From positions 37,696,001 to 37,760,000 of the forward strand of contig CAIIXF020000001.1 in the NCBI GenBank assembly GCA_903813345.2: 64,000 nucleotides of DNA. The letters are read 5' to 3'. Positions 1 to 14,200 of this stretch are shown piece after piece. The notes beneath the pieces are model-generated. The model searched no databases. It saw only the letters and a program-made list of their open reading frames with translations, and was not told the DNA's origin. The DNA is from Owenia fusiformis (taxonomy: Eukaryota). Each line of letters begins with the position of its first letter. The stretch's first letter is position 1. The translations under genes were made by a program, and so were the position numbers.

Positions 1-149
1 AGTTCGGAGGAGGTAGGGAGGGGGTGATTCTCGAAGATCGTGGCGTGCATTTGTTTATACCGGTGTCACGCAATGTTTATACGGGTGCCACACATATGTG
101 TGTACGAGTGCCACACATATGTTAAGTCAATTGCACAACTCGTGAACAT

Positions 150-800
150 TTTTACAAGGGCAAAACATGTGTTTGACATTAACGAAGTGCTCTGATATCA
201 TTTAGTCTGTATACGGTGCTAGAATGATGAAATAAGTAAGAAAGAAAAAAAGAATCTTTGTTAGGGTAATATATTTAATTGACAAAAATGTAGCGTTCTC
301 ATATCACATAGTCAGTAAATGGTCTTAGAATCTTGAAATAGGTGAAAAATGAAAAGAAAATTGAAATTTTTTGTAAGGGTAAAATAATTTGTTTGACAAA
401 AATGAAGTGTTCCGATATCACATAGTCTGAATATGGTCCCAGAATGATGAAATAAGTGAACAATGAAATATAAAATTGAAAACTTTTGCAAGGGTAAAAA
501 AATTGTTTGCCATAAACAAAGTGATCTCATATTATATAGCCTGTATATGGTCGTAGAATGTTGAAATAAGTGAAAAATGAAAAAATAAAATTGAATTTTT
601 TTGCAAGGGTAAAACATTTGTTTGACCAAAATTAAGTGTTCTTATATCACATAGTCTATATAAGGTCTTAGAATGTTGGAATAAGCAAAGAATGAAAAAA
701 AAATGTTTGACATAAATGAAGTGTTCTGACCCCAGGGTTCTGACATCTCATAGTCTGATATCTCAAAGTCTGTCTTAGAATGATGAAATAAGTGATAGCG
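150..800. repeat. Degenerate tandem repeat, ~106-116 bp unit, 5-6 copies
   Basis: Unit AAGGGTAAAA...TTTGACAAAAATGAAGTG...ATATCACATAGTCTG...TAGAATGATGAAATAAGTGA recurs at ~156, 262, 373, 489, 604 and partially ~700-790. Confidence 0.85.
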
Positions 801-1397
801 AAACGTTTTATAAGGCAGGGCCTCCCAGGGTACTTCAAAGTTACCAATCGGGAGCTTCAAAGGGTACAAGCGAATGAAGATGATATTTGGAAAGTAGAAA
901 AAATCTTGAAAACACGAACAAGACGAGGCGGGAAAGTACGTTAATGTGAATAGTTCTACCTGAGACTATCATAAAAGTATTCCCCGGGCAGTTAACATAC
1001 GCCGTATCCGTATAGGTGATTTAGACTAAACAATATTGTCATAAATCAAACTTAAAGCAGTGACATTTATGACGCGTACTGGTTTATCGATGTATTGTTT
1101 TTGGCGGGAATTCGAATAGGATGACTCTCCACAAAATTAACGTACAGTCGTGGGGTAGAGCGTCCGTTACCCCTAGGGCCCGAGATCCCCGAAAAAATGT
1201 ACACGCCACCACGCCGAGGGGGAGGGGTGGGGTCCCCGTATGTGCCTCCCGAGCTCAGGGAGGCTCACAGATGTCCCTCCCCATTGGAGCCCATGTTAGG
1301 GAGGGTAATATGAAAAATCGTGTCCCTCCCCATAGGACTCCATGTTATAGGTGTGCCAGAACTATTACTACTACAATTTACACAGACATTGTCAGTT

Positions 1398-1475
1398 GGT
1401 AGCAGTGGCCTAATGGATGACGCGTCCGGCTGTTGAGTGGAAGGTTGCGAGTTCGAGCCTGGCATGGGTCTCATT
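1398..1475 (+). mobile_element. tRNA-derived SINE head or tRNA pseudogene
   Basis: A-box TGGCCTAATGG and B-box GAGTTCGAGCC at tRNA spacing; imperfect stems; followed by short tandem repeats. Confidence 0.55.
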
Positions 1476-1519
1476 ATGTTTCTCTGGGTTTTTATAAAGT
1501 TAAGGGTTTTGTTGCATGA

Positions 1520-1665
1520 CTGGCACCACCCCATTGGTTTGTACAGGCGAGCACCACCCCATAGAGTTATACAGGCTGGCACCACCCCATTGATTTGTAC
1601 AGGCGAGCACCACCCCATAGCGTTATATAGGCTATACAGGCACCACCCCATAGACCTATATAGGA
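1520..1665. repeat. Short tandem repeat, ~28 bp unit CACCACCCCAT...TACAGGC
   Basis: CACCACCCCAT recurs 5 times at ~1524, 1552, 1579, 1608, 1641. Confidence 0.8.
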
Positions 1666-1852
1666 TGAGAAGGTACCGCATAGAACTATACAGTAAAACA
1701 AAGGGTTATGTAATAGGGGTGGGTCAGTTCTCTCCTTTTGACAACTACTGTTACCAGTTTCTTCACCATCAGGTGGCTCGTTCGGGTTAGATAGCATGGC
1801 GAGTATAGTTGAAAGTTCCCTTTAACTTAAATTGCATCTGTTTAATTCGTGG

Positions 1853-1970
1853 TTCAATTTTCAATTCAATTCAATTTCAATTCAATTCACTTTATTTCAA
1901 ATGTTTCAAATACAGTGTTTTACATTGACATGAAAAGACACCCCGAGGGGTGTATAAGTTCCATGTTTAA
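1853..1970 (-). mobile_element. LINE 3' tail fragment with (AATTG)n end
   Basis: (TTCAA)n-TTTATTTC followed by GACACCC...GGGT.TAT, the same layout as the LINE 3' end at 34681-34780. Confidence 0.45.
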
Positions 1971-2547
1971 CATACAATATAGCATTTATTAAATTAACAG
2001 TCAGGTTATATGGAAACAAAAAAAATGACAAAGCATATAACCCTTATGTATCTAATAGTTATGCAAATCAAAATATGTCCAGTAAAAGAAAATGTCATCT
2101 CTCCCGAGTCCAATACAAGAGAGATATTTCACTTTTTGTCATTTTGTAACATAGGGTCTATGGGGAATCAACTCGAGATGGAAGTCACATTTTCAAAAAA
2201 AATTAAATTTTCAAAGTTGATAAATAATTTTCAAAACCATATTTCTAGATGAACTTTTACATGTAGATTTCAAATATAACATCACTTTAACTGAATTTTG
2301 AATATGACTTAACCCAAGACTATTTCTACTCGCATCTAGTCTATTAGGTCACACTCATGCGTGGAGCGAATAGCTACAAGTGGACTTCATTCTCGTGCAA
2401 TTTTACTTGAATTGAATTTTTTTTCAACTAAAATTGTTCGCCTCGCCGCCCTGCCCTATATATGGCTTCGTTCATGGTATTTGTATATATCATTCACAAA
2501 GACAAAATCGTCGAAAATATATTTTTGGCCACTCAATGTTTTTCCAG

Positions 2548-3769
2548 GTGCGAGCTACTATGGTATATCAGACATTGCTCTTCTGGCTGGTGAAACGCAT
2601 AAATTTGAAAGTCGCTACATAGACCAATTAATAGGACCATGGCCGGAAACCAATCAAACATATTACGATCGCTCTCCAATCAACTTTGCAGACAACCTCA
2701 CAGTACCTGTAATATTCTTCCATGGTGACAAAGACACGGCAAGTAAAACCGTTCTTCAAATGAGTATCGGTCGTTGTAAAGTGAGCATGATCCAATGAAT
2801 GACGTTTTCGTTTCAGCTTAAGCTAAATGAACCAATTGAAAACTTGTTTTGGTTACTTTTAGATTGTCCCCATGAACCAGGCCGTGATTTTGCACAATGT
2901 TCTCAAAGAGAAAAATATACCAACATCCCTGAATATATTTAAAGGTATAAAAATGTACATTTCTCGTTATCGTAATAATTTGATTACTTTTGGGCAGACT
3001 GCGAATTATGCCTCGTTCATTCGATTATCTTTATGAAAATAATTTGGGATGATACGATACATTTTCCAAGTTAAATTTAATATGTAAAATGTACCGAACC
3101 ATTTTATTAAATATAATATGTTTGAAGAAAAACGGTGCAGTATGAGACTCTTTGATTTTCAAACATCTGGTAGGTCTAAAATTAAATTAACGTTTTTTCG
3201 TGTATAGTCAGAGCCCCGTGATAACAAATAGGGTGATCATATCTTGACATTGAATCTAGATGGATCACCTTGATTCTCACAAGGCGTATGTTTGATATGA
3301 TCATATGAAGAAATCAATCAAATATATAAGAGCTATTTCTAGGAGAAGGCCATGGATTTGGAAAAGATAAGAATAAAAATGCTGCATTAGATGGGGAGAA
3401 CTACTTCTATAGTAGAGTATTTGGATTCTTGGAACATATGGATTGCGATAAAGGAAAGGTATTTTGAAATCAAAATTACTTAAACTCAAGATAATTTCTT
3501 AAGTTAACCACTTATTAAAGATATGAAAAGTTCGGGAAATAACTGGACCACGCGTTTTTGTTAATCTAAAACATACTGAAAATTGCGCACATACAAAACA
3601 TTATATTTCCCTTGCTCTTGTTAATAACATCCATATATTATTAGTGTTGTATTGCTTTATTATATCCAATGAACCCTGGTTTCTAGTCTATAAACTAAAT
3701 CATACGGTTGCTTTTACGTTTCAGGTTGAGATTGACAATGAAGATCAGTTGAAGAAATCCCAAAGATAA
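2548..3769 (+). CDS. S9 family serine peptidase (dipeptidyl aminopeptidase/acylaminoacyl peptidase-like), 3' part
   Basis: Exons 2548-2738, 2863-2944, 3343-3458, 3725-3769 (TAA) join in frame: ASYYGISD...THKFESRY...DRSPINFAD...[18 protein letters not shown]...FK|GEGHGF...YFYSRVFG...|VEIDN. Catalytic Asp and His motifs present; the nucleophile Ser exon was not found and is presumably upstream of the window. Confidence 0.88.
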
Positions 3770-5030
3770 AATGCGTGAATGATTAGTCGTATGACATGGC
3801 AGTTGGAAGCATTATGAACTGTTTCTTACAATATTCATTTTCATTTTCTGAAAAAAGAATTGGAATATCATAATGAAAATATGATTTTTTTTTTGATAAC
3901 ATTTTTGTCGAGATAAAACGTTGTGTTGGTAGGTGTTCACTACAGAGAGGGTAATTTATACCTCAGTCAGGAGCATATGTGGAAGAAGCATGTCCACTAG
4001 ATTGAGACAAGTGTTCATTAGAGAGAAGTGTTCACTAAGACAGGTTTTACTGTGAATACTAAAATTCCAATTTTTATAAATCATTATTACATTGTACATA
4101 ACTAAGGACATATACAGATATATTGATGAAACTATATAAATCAGAAAACCATTACTGAGGATTGAATAAATAGTTGTAAACATAAATGACAATATATTTT
4201 TATTTTGCAAAATTAATAAATATTGTTCAGAGTTCTTGATTCATGTGTAAGATTCATGATTTTTAGATTGTAGTTAGAAAAACATATCTTAAAATAAGCA
4301 AGAATTTAATCCAATTTAAGCACAAAAATGCCAAAAACTTTTGAAATGAGAGCATTTTTCCGTGAACTTATTGAACAACCTGGTATATTACAACATACTG
4401 ATACTTTGATTCTGGCCAGTATATCACGATTTGTTTGGTGTAGCAAGTACCAGCTTTGACTGGAAGCCAAACTACTTGATCATCAAACCATTCACTATTT
4501 CAAAACAAATATTTTTATTTGCTTTTGTTAGACAAACAAGAACTATTGAATACATACCGGAGTAACAATATGAAGAAACAAAAATCGATTTTTTAAAAAA
4601 TTAATAGTATATGTAGCTGTATTTCCTACAAAACATTTTATGTTTTCATAGTCACAATTTTTGGCAAAACATTTTGGCAATCATTGATAATGCAAAAACA
4701 GCATTTATTGTACAAGCATCACTACAAACACTCGATATTTCTTTTTACTAATTGGTAAAAATACCAGTTTCCTACTGCTAATATTCTTGAAGAAATTTTA
4801 AGTTGTCATGCAGAAAATAAATAGGTTTTGTATGAACAATATGACATCAATGAACAAATCGTGGTTGTTGAGTTTACCTTCAGAAAGTTTTGACAAAACA
4901 TTTGAGAACCGCTTAATCATCTAAAAACAAGCTGATCATGTTGTTGCACTTTTTTGTATCAGTATTTACAAGAGCTGTTATAACTGTCAGTTGAATATCA
5001 ATCTCAGTCCGGTTTCACTAGACGCCGACA

Positions 5031-5186
5031 AAGTGCAATCACTGATTTTGAGTGCAACCACTAATTGATTGCAACCACTGACTTTGAGTGCAACCACTGA
5101 TTTTAGTATATCAGTGTAACCACTCTCTTTCAGTGTAACGGATGTCTTTTACTGCCAACTACCTTCTTTGAGTGCAACCACTGATA
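5031..5186. repeat. Minisatellite (GAGTGCAACCACTGA-like) in the CSE1L 3' UTR region
   Basis: TGCAA(C/T)CACT recurs 5 times just downstream of the CSE1L stop codon. Confidence 0.7.
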
Positions 5187-5207
5187 TAAGTGTCCATTTC
5201 ATGAGTG

Positions 5208-8200
5208 CTAGGATAATGTCACATTGGCTGCTTGAAGATATTTTTGTAGAAACGTTGATGCATTGGGCTCCAGTCTTGCAGATATAAGAGCAGGAATCTG
5301 AAATACACGTACATGGCTGATGAAACAGGATAGTAAGGCTACCTTTTTGAAAAAAAGCATAACAGGAACGAAACTCTGTTTTTTCACGATATAAATATAG
5401 AATTCACTTCCTGCCATTAATAACCATTCACTGTAAGTGCAATTCAATTCACTGTTTATATTAAGCAAGTACATTTATACGTAATACTACAGTTATATCA
5501 ATTAATCACATGTAACATGGTTTAGTTTTTCATGATTTGGGTTATGTATTACAGCTGACAAATATACTTTCAATAATTGTGACGTCAATAGTTTATCATG
5601 AAACACTTGTCAGTTACCATAACCAGAACAACAGGTTATTACCATGACAAAATGAAATGGCTCCACTTGGCTGAACAAAGTATAAGCGTATTAGAAAGTT
5701 CAAAAAATCAATATTTGTTCCCAGGAATTCATATCTAACATTGGATTTGAGATTTCACCTTTCATCAGCCCACGGTGACCTTCAAAAGTCAAAAACTCCA
5801 TACCTAGATCAGTTATTTTGATTCAATTTGAGATCAAATAGGTCTCGAAAGACGCAATGAGATCTGAAAAAGTAAAACTAGTCACCAAACTAGTCAAAAA
5901 TTGTGTCATCTACCGAATCACTTAGATAACTCATATGAAAGTGCTGCTTACTTTTCCTGGATTTGCTGTGGAGAGCTGGTGTAGTTTGTTTGCTAGGTAT
6001 ATTTTAGCATTGGGTATTGTAGAGAATGGGTCAGTGTCCTTTTTGCCAGCAAACATCAGCTGAGAATATGCAGTCTGGTATCCTGTTTAATTAGAATAAA
6101 TCATATTAATGAATTTACGACATACCTGATACTTCATTCCAATGAAAAAAGGTCACCTTATGCAATTAAAAATGTATACAAACAGGCACCAGTTTTATAA
6201 AAAAAGATGGTCAGGCTGTTGTAAAATGGTGGTACATAAAAACAAATATTGTTAGAATGGATTTAAAGTTTGCTTTTCCCTCATATTATTGAAACAAACT
6301 TGTTGTAAGTGCACAAATTGTCAATTTACAAATTACCAAGCTGCCAGTAGCTTAGTATTGTTTCACCACCATGTGGCCAACTTGGGGAAGATAACATGAC
6401 AAATATATCTTTAACATTCCCTCAAAATTGAACATTTATGATGGATATCAAGATTATTTCTCCTCAATTCTAGTATATTGAAAGGGCCTTTTTTACTAAT
6501 CTACTAAAATGAAATTGATAATGAGCACATTCTAGTATAATTATGGGATAAGACTTAAATAGAATGACTACCTGGCGTTTCCTCGATTTCAATGAAATGC
6601 TCATCATCAGGTATAGATTCATCTTCTGGAAGTTCAAAAAGCCCAATGAGAGCCTGGAGGAGAGGGGTCCTGAAAATGAACAAAAGAAAATTAAATCCTA
6701 TGAGAGCAGATACCTACAAAACACCATCTGGTCCAGAGAGACCGATTAGATGAGATAACAATAAAGCACATATCATTGAGTAAGAGTGTATGTGTAGTGT
6801 AATGTTTGATTTCAAGATTGTATTTTACATGATTTTGTTGTGTAATATTATAATTCACGTATCTCAATAATCATGTCAAATCAAATAATCATGTCAAATC
6901 AATTAGGATGTCTTATATCCTAGGCATACGTGCCAGACATAATCAATCAACTAAGTCAATAATACGCAATAATCATTGTGATAAAAGTCAAGGACTACCC
7001 TGAAATCAAAATGTAAATAAGACATTAATTCATCCTGTTTTATTAGGATTCATTAATCTTTAAAATAAAACAACTCTTGACAAGTGTTAAATTACATATA
7101 TAGTTTATTACATATGGAATATAAACTATATTTTTACATAAAGACTTGGTTCATTACCATAAATTCTGGTAGTCTCCTGTCATTAAAGCTGGGGTTTCGG
7201 TCAGAATATTTGTCATCCCAACCGCACATATTTTACGTTCTGTATGACCAGACACCTTCTGTACCTCAGAGATGAAGAGTCGATCAAGCACCATACCAAA
7301 CATCCTGAAGGTAGAAAATTAGAGAATCGTCTGATGGAAACGAAACACAGCTACATCGAGATTCAAAAAGACAATTAACAAGAAAATTCAACAAAAACAT
7401 TTTTTTTTAAATCTTTATTTAACAATACAAATCATATTTCAGCTAATTTACTATTCCCTCTCCAAAATTGCCTAACCATTTCAGATGGCATCTAATTTAA
7501 AACATTGTTACAATACTAAACAATGAATATACTATGGCTTACTTTGGCTGAATTGCATCAATCATTTCCACAAGAGATCCAGTGCCATGCTTGGCAATAT
7601 ACAGGCAGAAAAATACAAGGAGACCTAAAAGACCAAAACAAAGAATGAATCCAAAATGGATTTTGGAACCTTTTAATAAACATATAGTTGGGATGAAATG
7701 AGAAGTTTTGATACTGCTAGAGTTTATCTTTAAAATAGATGTTTCGAGATGATAATCAATTAACCCTTTTCAAAACTTTATCATACTCCAAAAGGTTCCA
7801 AAAGATTGATCTCACTATTAAGAATCAAAGTTCACTTGCATTGGAAAATTAGTTAAGATATTTTATCTATCAAATGTGGTGATGCATTTAACTTACAACT
7901 TAAGTTACAACACAAAAACCAGTATCTTCTTTTTCTGAGTATAAAATAACAGCATTGATGGATTTCTAATGTTAATTGAATATGAATGCATTCAAATTGC
8001 ACTTACTTTTAATAAATTTTGTTGTTTTTGAACTTGTTAACCTCTGGAAGAGCAGCATAAATACGCGCTTTAAGTACTGAGCCATTACTTCCCTATAACC
8101 AAATAAGGTGTCTTGCACATAATATTTTAAAGTAGATTACATGCAATGTCGGACAAAAGATGGTATATGGTATCCAGTTAGTAAAGTATCAATAAAGCCC

Positions 8201-11200
8201 ACTGAGTACTTTGCGCATTTAGCAAACATGAATGTATTTTTGTATTTTAACGATGAACTGCATTATTTCCTTTAATAAACCTGTGAGCCAAATACAATAC
8301 AATTTTAAATACGGAGAGCATTAGGAAAGAGTTCTTACACAGGCATATGCTGTAGCATACTGTTCAACAGGTAGAAGCCTTCATGGTCATTACTCTTTGA
8401 TGCTATCAACTTCTGAAAGATTCCTAAAAGGCCACCCTAAAAAATACAAGGCATATACCTAGTTGCTCACAATATTATTAGTTCAATCTTAAGTCAATTT
8501 GAGGCAAGTTAAAAAATACCTTTTTACCTTGAGAAGGTCAAATCTCAAATCTAAAATCAGATTTGAATATCTGAAAAATTGGGCCATTTGAAGAAAGTTG
8601 AAAAAATACCTTTTTGACCTTTTTTGTCCTCCAGGTCACTGAATAGGGGTGAGACGACAACCCGATGAGTCGAGGACTCGCGGGTTTGGGGCTTCAAGTC
8701 GAGTCGAATCGAGTCGAAGTTGATGAATCGAATCATTTTCGAGTTGAGAAAAAAAATCGAAAAAATAAAAATTCAGAAAAATACTGTCAATATGCATGTT
8801 TTTACTCGATATTGCGTTGAATATATAAGTTTCAATGACTTGGATATGCTTGTATTAAATTATTATATTGTATGTACACATAAATGAAAGAATATATGTA
8901 ATAAAATCAGAATAAACTTACGACGAATTGTGTTTGTTTATATTTCCGGCTTTCCACCATTGACGCATTAAAAATACGAACGGTCAAAAGCGATGTTGTT
9001 CGCACTTTATCTGACTCGAAACGGATTCGAAACTTGAATCGTTATTTTCTGACTCGAATCAGATTCGACTCGAATCGGATTTTTTCGACTCGTCTCACCC
9101 CTATCATTGAAGGTCAAACCTCAAATCTAAAGTCACAGATTTGAACTTCTGAGAACTTGTACATGATTTTGAAAAGAATTGAAGTCAGTCTAAACAGTAT
9201 TTGCTAGATCTGATTCTGTTGGAATTTTGTTTATAATATAATTTATTTCAAATTAATATGGGCAATATAGATTTTGATTCTTTGGAAAACATATAAGAGA
9301 AATGTACATTTTAAGCAGTGTGGTATATAACAAAAAATATTGAAATAAGAACTTACAATTTGCTCTGTTTCAATCTGGCCAGGCCCCTTCTCAACATATG
9401 CTTGCAACAGACGGACCAGAGGAGGTATGTTCCCAGGTCTCTCCCACAACACAGGAGTCAACAGAAAAGGGAACAGAGCCATATAAGGATCAGGGATACT
9501 GGTAGTGTGCATCTCAAGAAGCAAAGACAAAATTTGGAACACATAAGGGATGAACTCTGAAAATATATTTTAATTTTTAAACTTTTCAATATCAAATTGA
9601 AACTTTCAGTATGCAAAGTCTTCTAATATTTCAAATAATATGTATTCATGACTTGATTTCATTTCTAATAACAACCCGACTTTGTGTGTCATATTCACCT
9701 TAAACCTGTACATTAATCAAAAACATTTTATAAAATGAAAAATTACCTTGAACATCTTGTTGGAGGATTTCTTGGAATGGTGGGAAGAGATTTTGTTCAA
9801 AGCTTGTGACTGCCTCTGGACTGGCCTTACAAGTATTACGTATACATACACAGAGAGACTCAAACAGGTAGTGGTTGAAGTGTGGCTTGCTGGGATTCTG
9901 TAATACAGTTAATATATTAGCAATCTAGTGTTGTAAGTTGTAGAGGAAACTGCAGTGGCAGTTGACACAATTATGAACAATTTTGCACCATCTTGCATAT
10001 ATAAAAATCAAGCAAGAATGTTTTTTGAAGCCTCTATTTTTGAAAATATTGCATGAATTTAATTCCAAAACAGTTTATTAATGCTTTAACTAATGTAAAA
10101 ATCTGTGTCAGATCGCAATGAGACGATTAATGAAACTGAAGTTGACACAATTATACAAGGCTCTAACTGTATCAATTATGACACTCTCCAATACTGCACC
10201 AATACATTAGTGGTTTCCTTGAATTTTAATGACAATATTTATGTGGTGCCTACACAACAGCTCAAGATGATGACATTACAGCACTTTGAAAAGTGTGATA
10301 AAATTATTGAAAAACCATAAACAAAACAATAATCATTTTAAGAAATATAAGAAAACAAGTATTATTTCCATGTTCTGTAGAACATATATTACAAATTGAA
10401 TCATTTTGTATGACAAACAAACATAACTCATCTTAATTTACCTTGCTGACAGCAATTATTGTCTGAGTAAGTTGAGGCACCAGGGTGCCTACATAGGGCA
10501 ATATTCCCTCTCCCAACAATGAGATTGTTCGCATAACAGCTATAAAAAAGACAAGTATTCCTACATAACAAAAGAGGAAACAGTTCAATTTAGTCCCAAA
10601 GTTTTGGCAACATAAAAAAACTAGTGATGCAAGTAAGGCGACCTTTTTACTCAATCACTACTCTACGCCCGGTATTTTTCGCGTGCAATTTAGTTTCGCG
10701 CTTTTCGCGACTGTGTTAAAATCGCGAAAATTAATCGTCGCGAATTTCGCCAATTAAAGGCTGAGGTGCAACATGGCGTTGACTAAGACATAGAAATTGT
10801 AAATCTTATCAAAATATGACATTGGGTAGGTCTTATTACTGTAGATAAGGTAAATTAGTTTACAGATCTTGAGGATCCAGAGAATAATGGAATTTAAAAC
10901 TTTGAAATCCGCGAAATTTAATGGCCGCGAGATTGGTATTTCTCAAAATTCGCGAAATTAAAACTCGCGGAAAATACCAGGCGTACAGTATGTAAAACAG
11001 TATGAGGATTGATTTAATAGATTCAATTGATGGCTTTTATTGATAGCAAATGCATTCTATTTACTTCCTCATGGTAAATTTGTATGATTGCCATTAAAAA
11101 TTAATTACTGGACATTTTAAGGTCTCAATTTTAAAAATAGAATCCATTCAAGTGTGCACTTCTGAAAATGACAATTAAGGGCCTACATTTGAGCAAACCA

Positions 11201-14200
11201 TCTCTTAACACATATTTGATTCTAAAAAAACGTGTTTATTATTACATAGCTATTAAACCGTATTAATCTAAAATTGATAATACTGTAGGTTCAAATGCAC
11301 ATTACATTTGGTTATAAAGGTTTCAAAAATCAACAGAATGAAATGTCACCTTTCATTATATATTCATTTTCTCGAGACTCTGGTTTGGACATGGCAGCAA
11401 ACAGATTGGTCAGCAGCTGCTCAACATGTGGTTGAATATGTGCTCTCGTCACACTGAAATATAAGATAAAAGTCTTAAAAATAGCACTTATACTTGAGGC
11501 TGAAAATCTAGTATATAAAGATGATCATACATACATACATAAAACATGCATAATTAGATAAAACAATAAAACACCTACTCTGTGAAGATGGATTAAATAT
11601 GTTTTTGTCAAGTTTATTTCTAAACAAAAGATAAATACGTAGAAGATGTAGTGGTGATGCACATTGCACAGCTTTCCAAAAATACCAAGAAACCCAACAG
11701 GGTCAGTTGATTCTTTTTTATTTTATTTTTTGCAAATCCCTACTTGTCTAAAAAGATTATTATCAGAAGAATACTTACGCTGGCTGCCCTTGTGGATTTT
11801 TCAACATGAACATGCGCTCTAAGCCATGTGCCGCATAGCTGTGCTGTACAACACTATTAGCTAATAAGTGCTTTATAATCAAAGGAATACAAGCTATTGT
11901 GATATCATTGGGAAGTTGGTTCCTGAAGGTCATCACATACTTCAGGGCATCTGCCTTGAGAATTGGCCTCTCATTAACTACAATAAATTAACATAACAAA
12001 ATGTCACAAATGTGTTACTATTTGAATGCAACAATCTGTTGCAGAACACTGGGAACAAAAGAAATAATGATGTCACTTAAGTGTTGCCATAGATACCCAT
12101 GAAACAAGTAATCTACACTTTTATTTTGCAATTCCAGTACTCTGGTCACTTGAAAGCCAGTGTTGTTACAAATCCAATGAGAGAATGATGTGACTTAAGT
12201 AAGATTACTTTACACGACTCACATGTGCTTTATTTGCCAGAAAAACACTAACAAAGAAAGCAATAGATCTGTAATATTTTGGATGAACAAGGAGATATAC
12301 GTAATAATACCATTTTCATTTTGGAGATCAGGGACTATTTGACTGTTGAAAAAATCCTGGAGGTTCACTAGAGAACTTGTCTGTGTAATACCATGCTGAA
12401 AAAATAAAACACTCATTATCCTTGGATTTCATCACTCTATATTATATACAAAACGTAGATAATTTGATGCGATTCATCGGTATGAACATCATTTGAGATA
12501 ATAGCATACTTTAGTACCCTAAAATGCCTCATTACTACTGTAGAACAATGTCATGCTTTAGTTGTACATATTTATTATGTATTAATCTCCCATTATAGTC
12601 ATTGGCATAGTAGTGTAAAACCCTCATAGTATATTTGATTTCTTCATTATTACAGCAGAACATCTACAGAATTCAGTTATGTACCATACCTTCTGAGTCT
12701 GTGCTTTGGCAGCAAGTGTGGTAACAAGGTACACTGCAACATCTTTGTGCTTCCAGTTAGCAGCTGGATTCTGTTGATACAATGCCAGGTTAGACTCCAC
12801 ATATTGGGAGAAATTCTCTATGACAGGACCCTCAAACTGTTTACTCAATGCACGTACCAAATCACATGCAGCACGTCTCCGTGTATCAACATCTGCAAGA
12901 ATGTTATTTTTATATCAATATGTTGTAGATCACTGACATATTTTAGATAAGGTTTTACATAATAACTTAGTTTTGGGTAAGTAAATTTGATTTAAATCAA
13001 AGCTACAAGTATACCTGAGCCTTCAATGTCTCTCCTGATGTATTCCTCTGGGTTGTCTTCAAAGCCTTCTTCATCTGCCTCTGAAATATTCAATTTATGT
13101 GTGTACTTCTGTCGTATAACATCAAAAATAGTCAAACATAAGACTTGGATGAATCAGATATTAGCAATTTTTAAATAACAAGGAATAGAGTTTAACATTG
13201 CCTGAAACAGATATGAATTGAGATAAATACCATATTGACATTTTCATTGGATTGTGGTTCAACATTTGAAAATGATACACAATATATCAATTCCTCAAGA
13301 CACATGAAGTCTCCATACCCCCATGATCCCAACCCCACTTCTTCCTATATCTATTTTCTGCACAGAGCCTACTGGGCTGGGACATGATGCATAGCTACTT
13401 TTGAAACTTTCACCTGCTTACCTCTGAATTGCATGTTTGGCACAATAACTTTCTCACAGATACTACTCAATGTGCTTGGGTCAAACAGGTGCTTATAGCC
13501 AGGTCTCTCTGCCACTGATGTCAGGAAGTTAATAGCATTCGTCACAAGCTATAAGTAAAACATGTAATGGATAGATACATATGACTGGGGTAACATGAAA
13601 CATCATATTTTCTCATCAATTACAAGAGACAAGTTGCATAAGCAAGTCTTACAAAAACTGTGCTTGCTGTGGCCACTTTGAAAAAATTTGCATCTCCGGT
13701 AATATGCACAACTTAAATTAACACCAGTTGTATGCATTAAGGGATACTATTGTAGACATATGAGTCACATATTTATGGAGCTATGGGTTTAAGGTTTATT
13801 TATTTACAGGGTTTATCTGGAGAATAATTGTATTTTATATTTACCAGATCATATTTCACTTGCTGTCCAGTTGATACTAGCAAATTCCATATATCAGTTA
13901 CAAAAGTTGGCAAGTGTGCTGAAAATTCCTCATCATATTTCTGGGCGTAGAGTCCTACATTGTCACATATTTGAGACTTGACCTGCTCCAATAGACCTGC
14001 TTCTTCATCTTCCTAAACATAAATTACAAGTACTGAAGTTAAAATATCATATTATCATTCAATTTTACTGTATAGAAATTATTAGGGGTGAGACGACAAC
14101 CCGATGAGTCGAGGACTCGCGGGTTTGGGGCTTCGAGTCGAGTCGAATCGAGTCGAAGTTGATGAATCGAATCATTTTCGAGTTGAGAAAAAAATTCGAA

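Noticed and set aside
312..869. ORFs of 105 and 75 aa on minus
   Set aside because: Translations of the tandem repeat; no protein-like features
1520..1665. CRISPR-like appearance of short repeats
   Set aside because: Eukaryotic context, spacers are themselves repeated, no cas genes
1121..1797. Overlapping ORFs of 76-138 aa
   Set aside because: Arise from the SINE head and 28-bp repeats
12396..12689. Possible intronic C/D snoRNA in CSE1L (TGATGA-like boxes on minus)
   Set aside because: No clear CTGA D box with terminal stem and no recognisable rRNA complementarity
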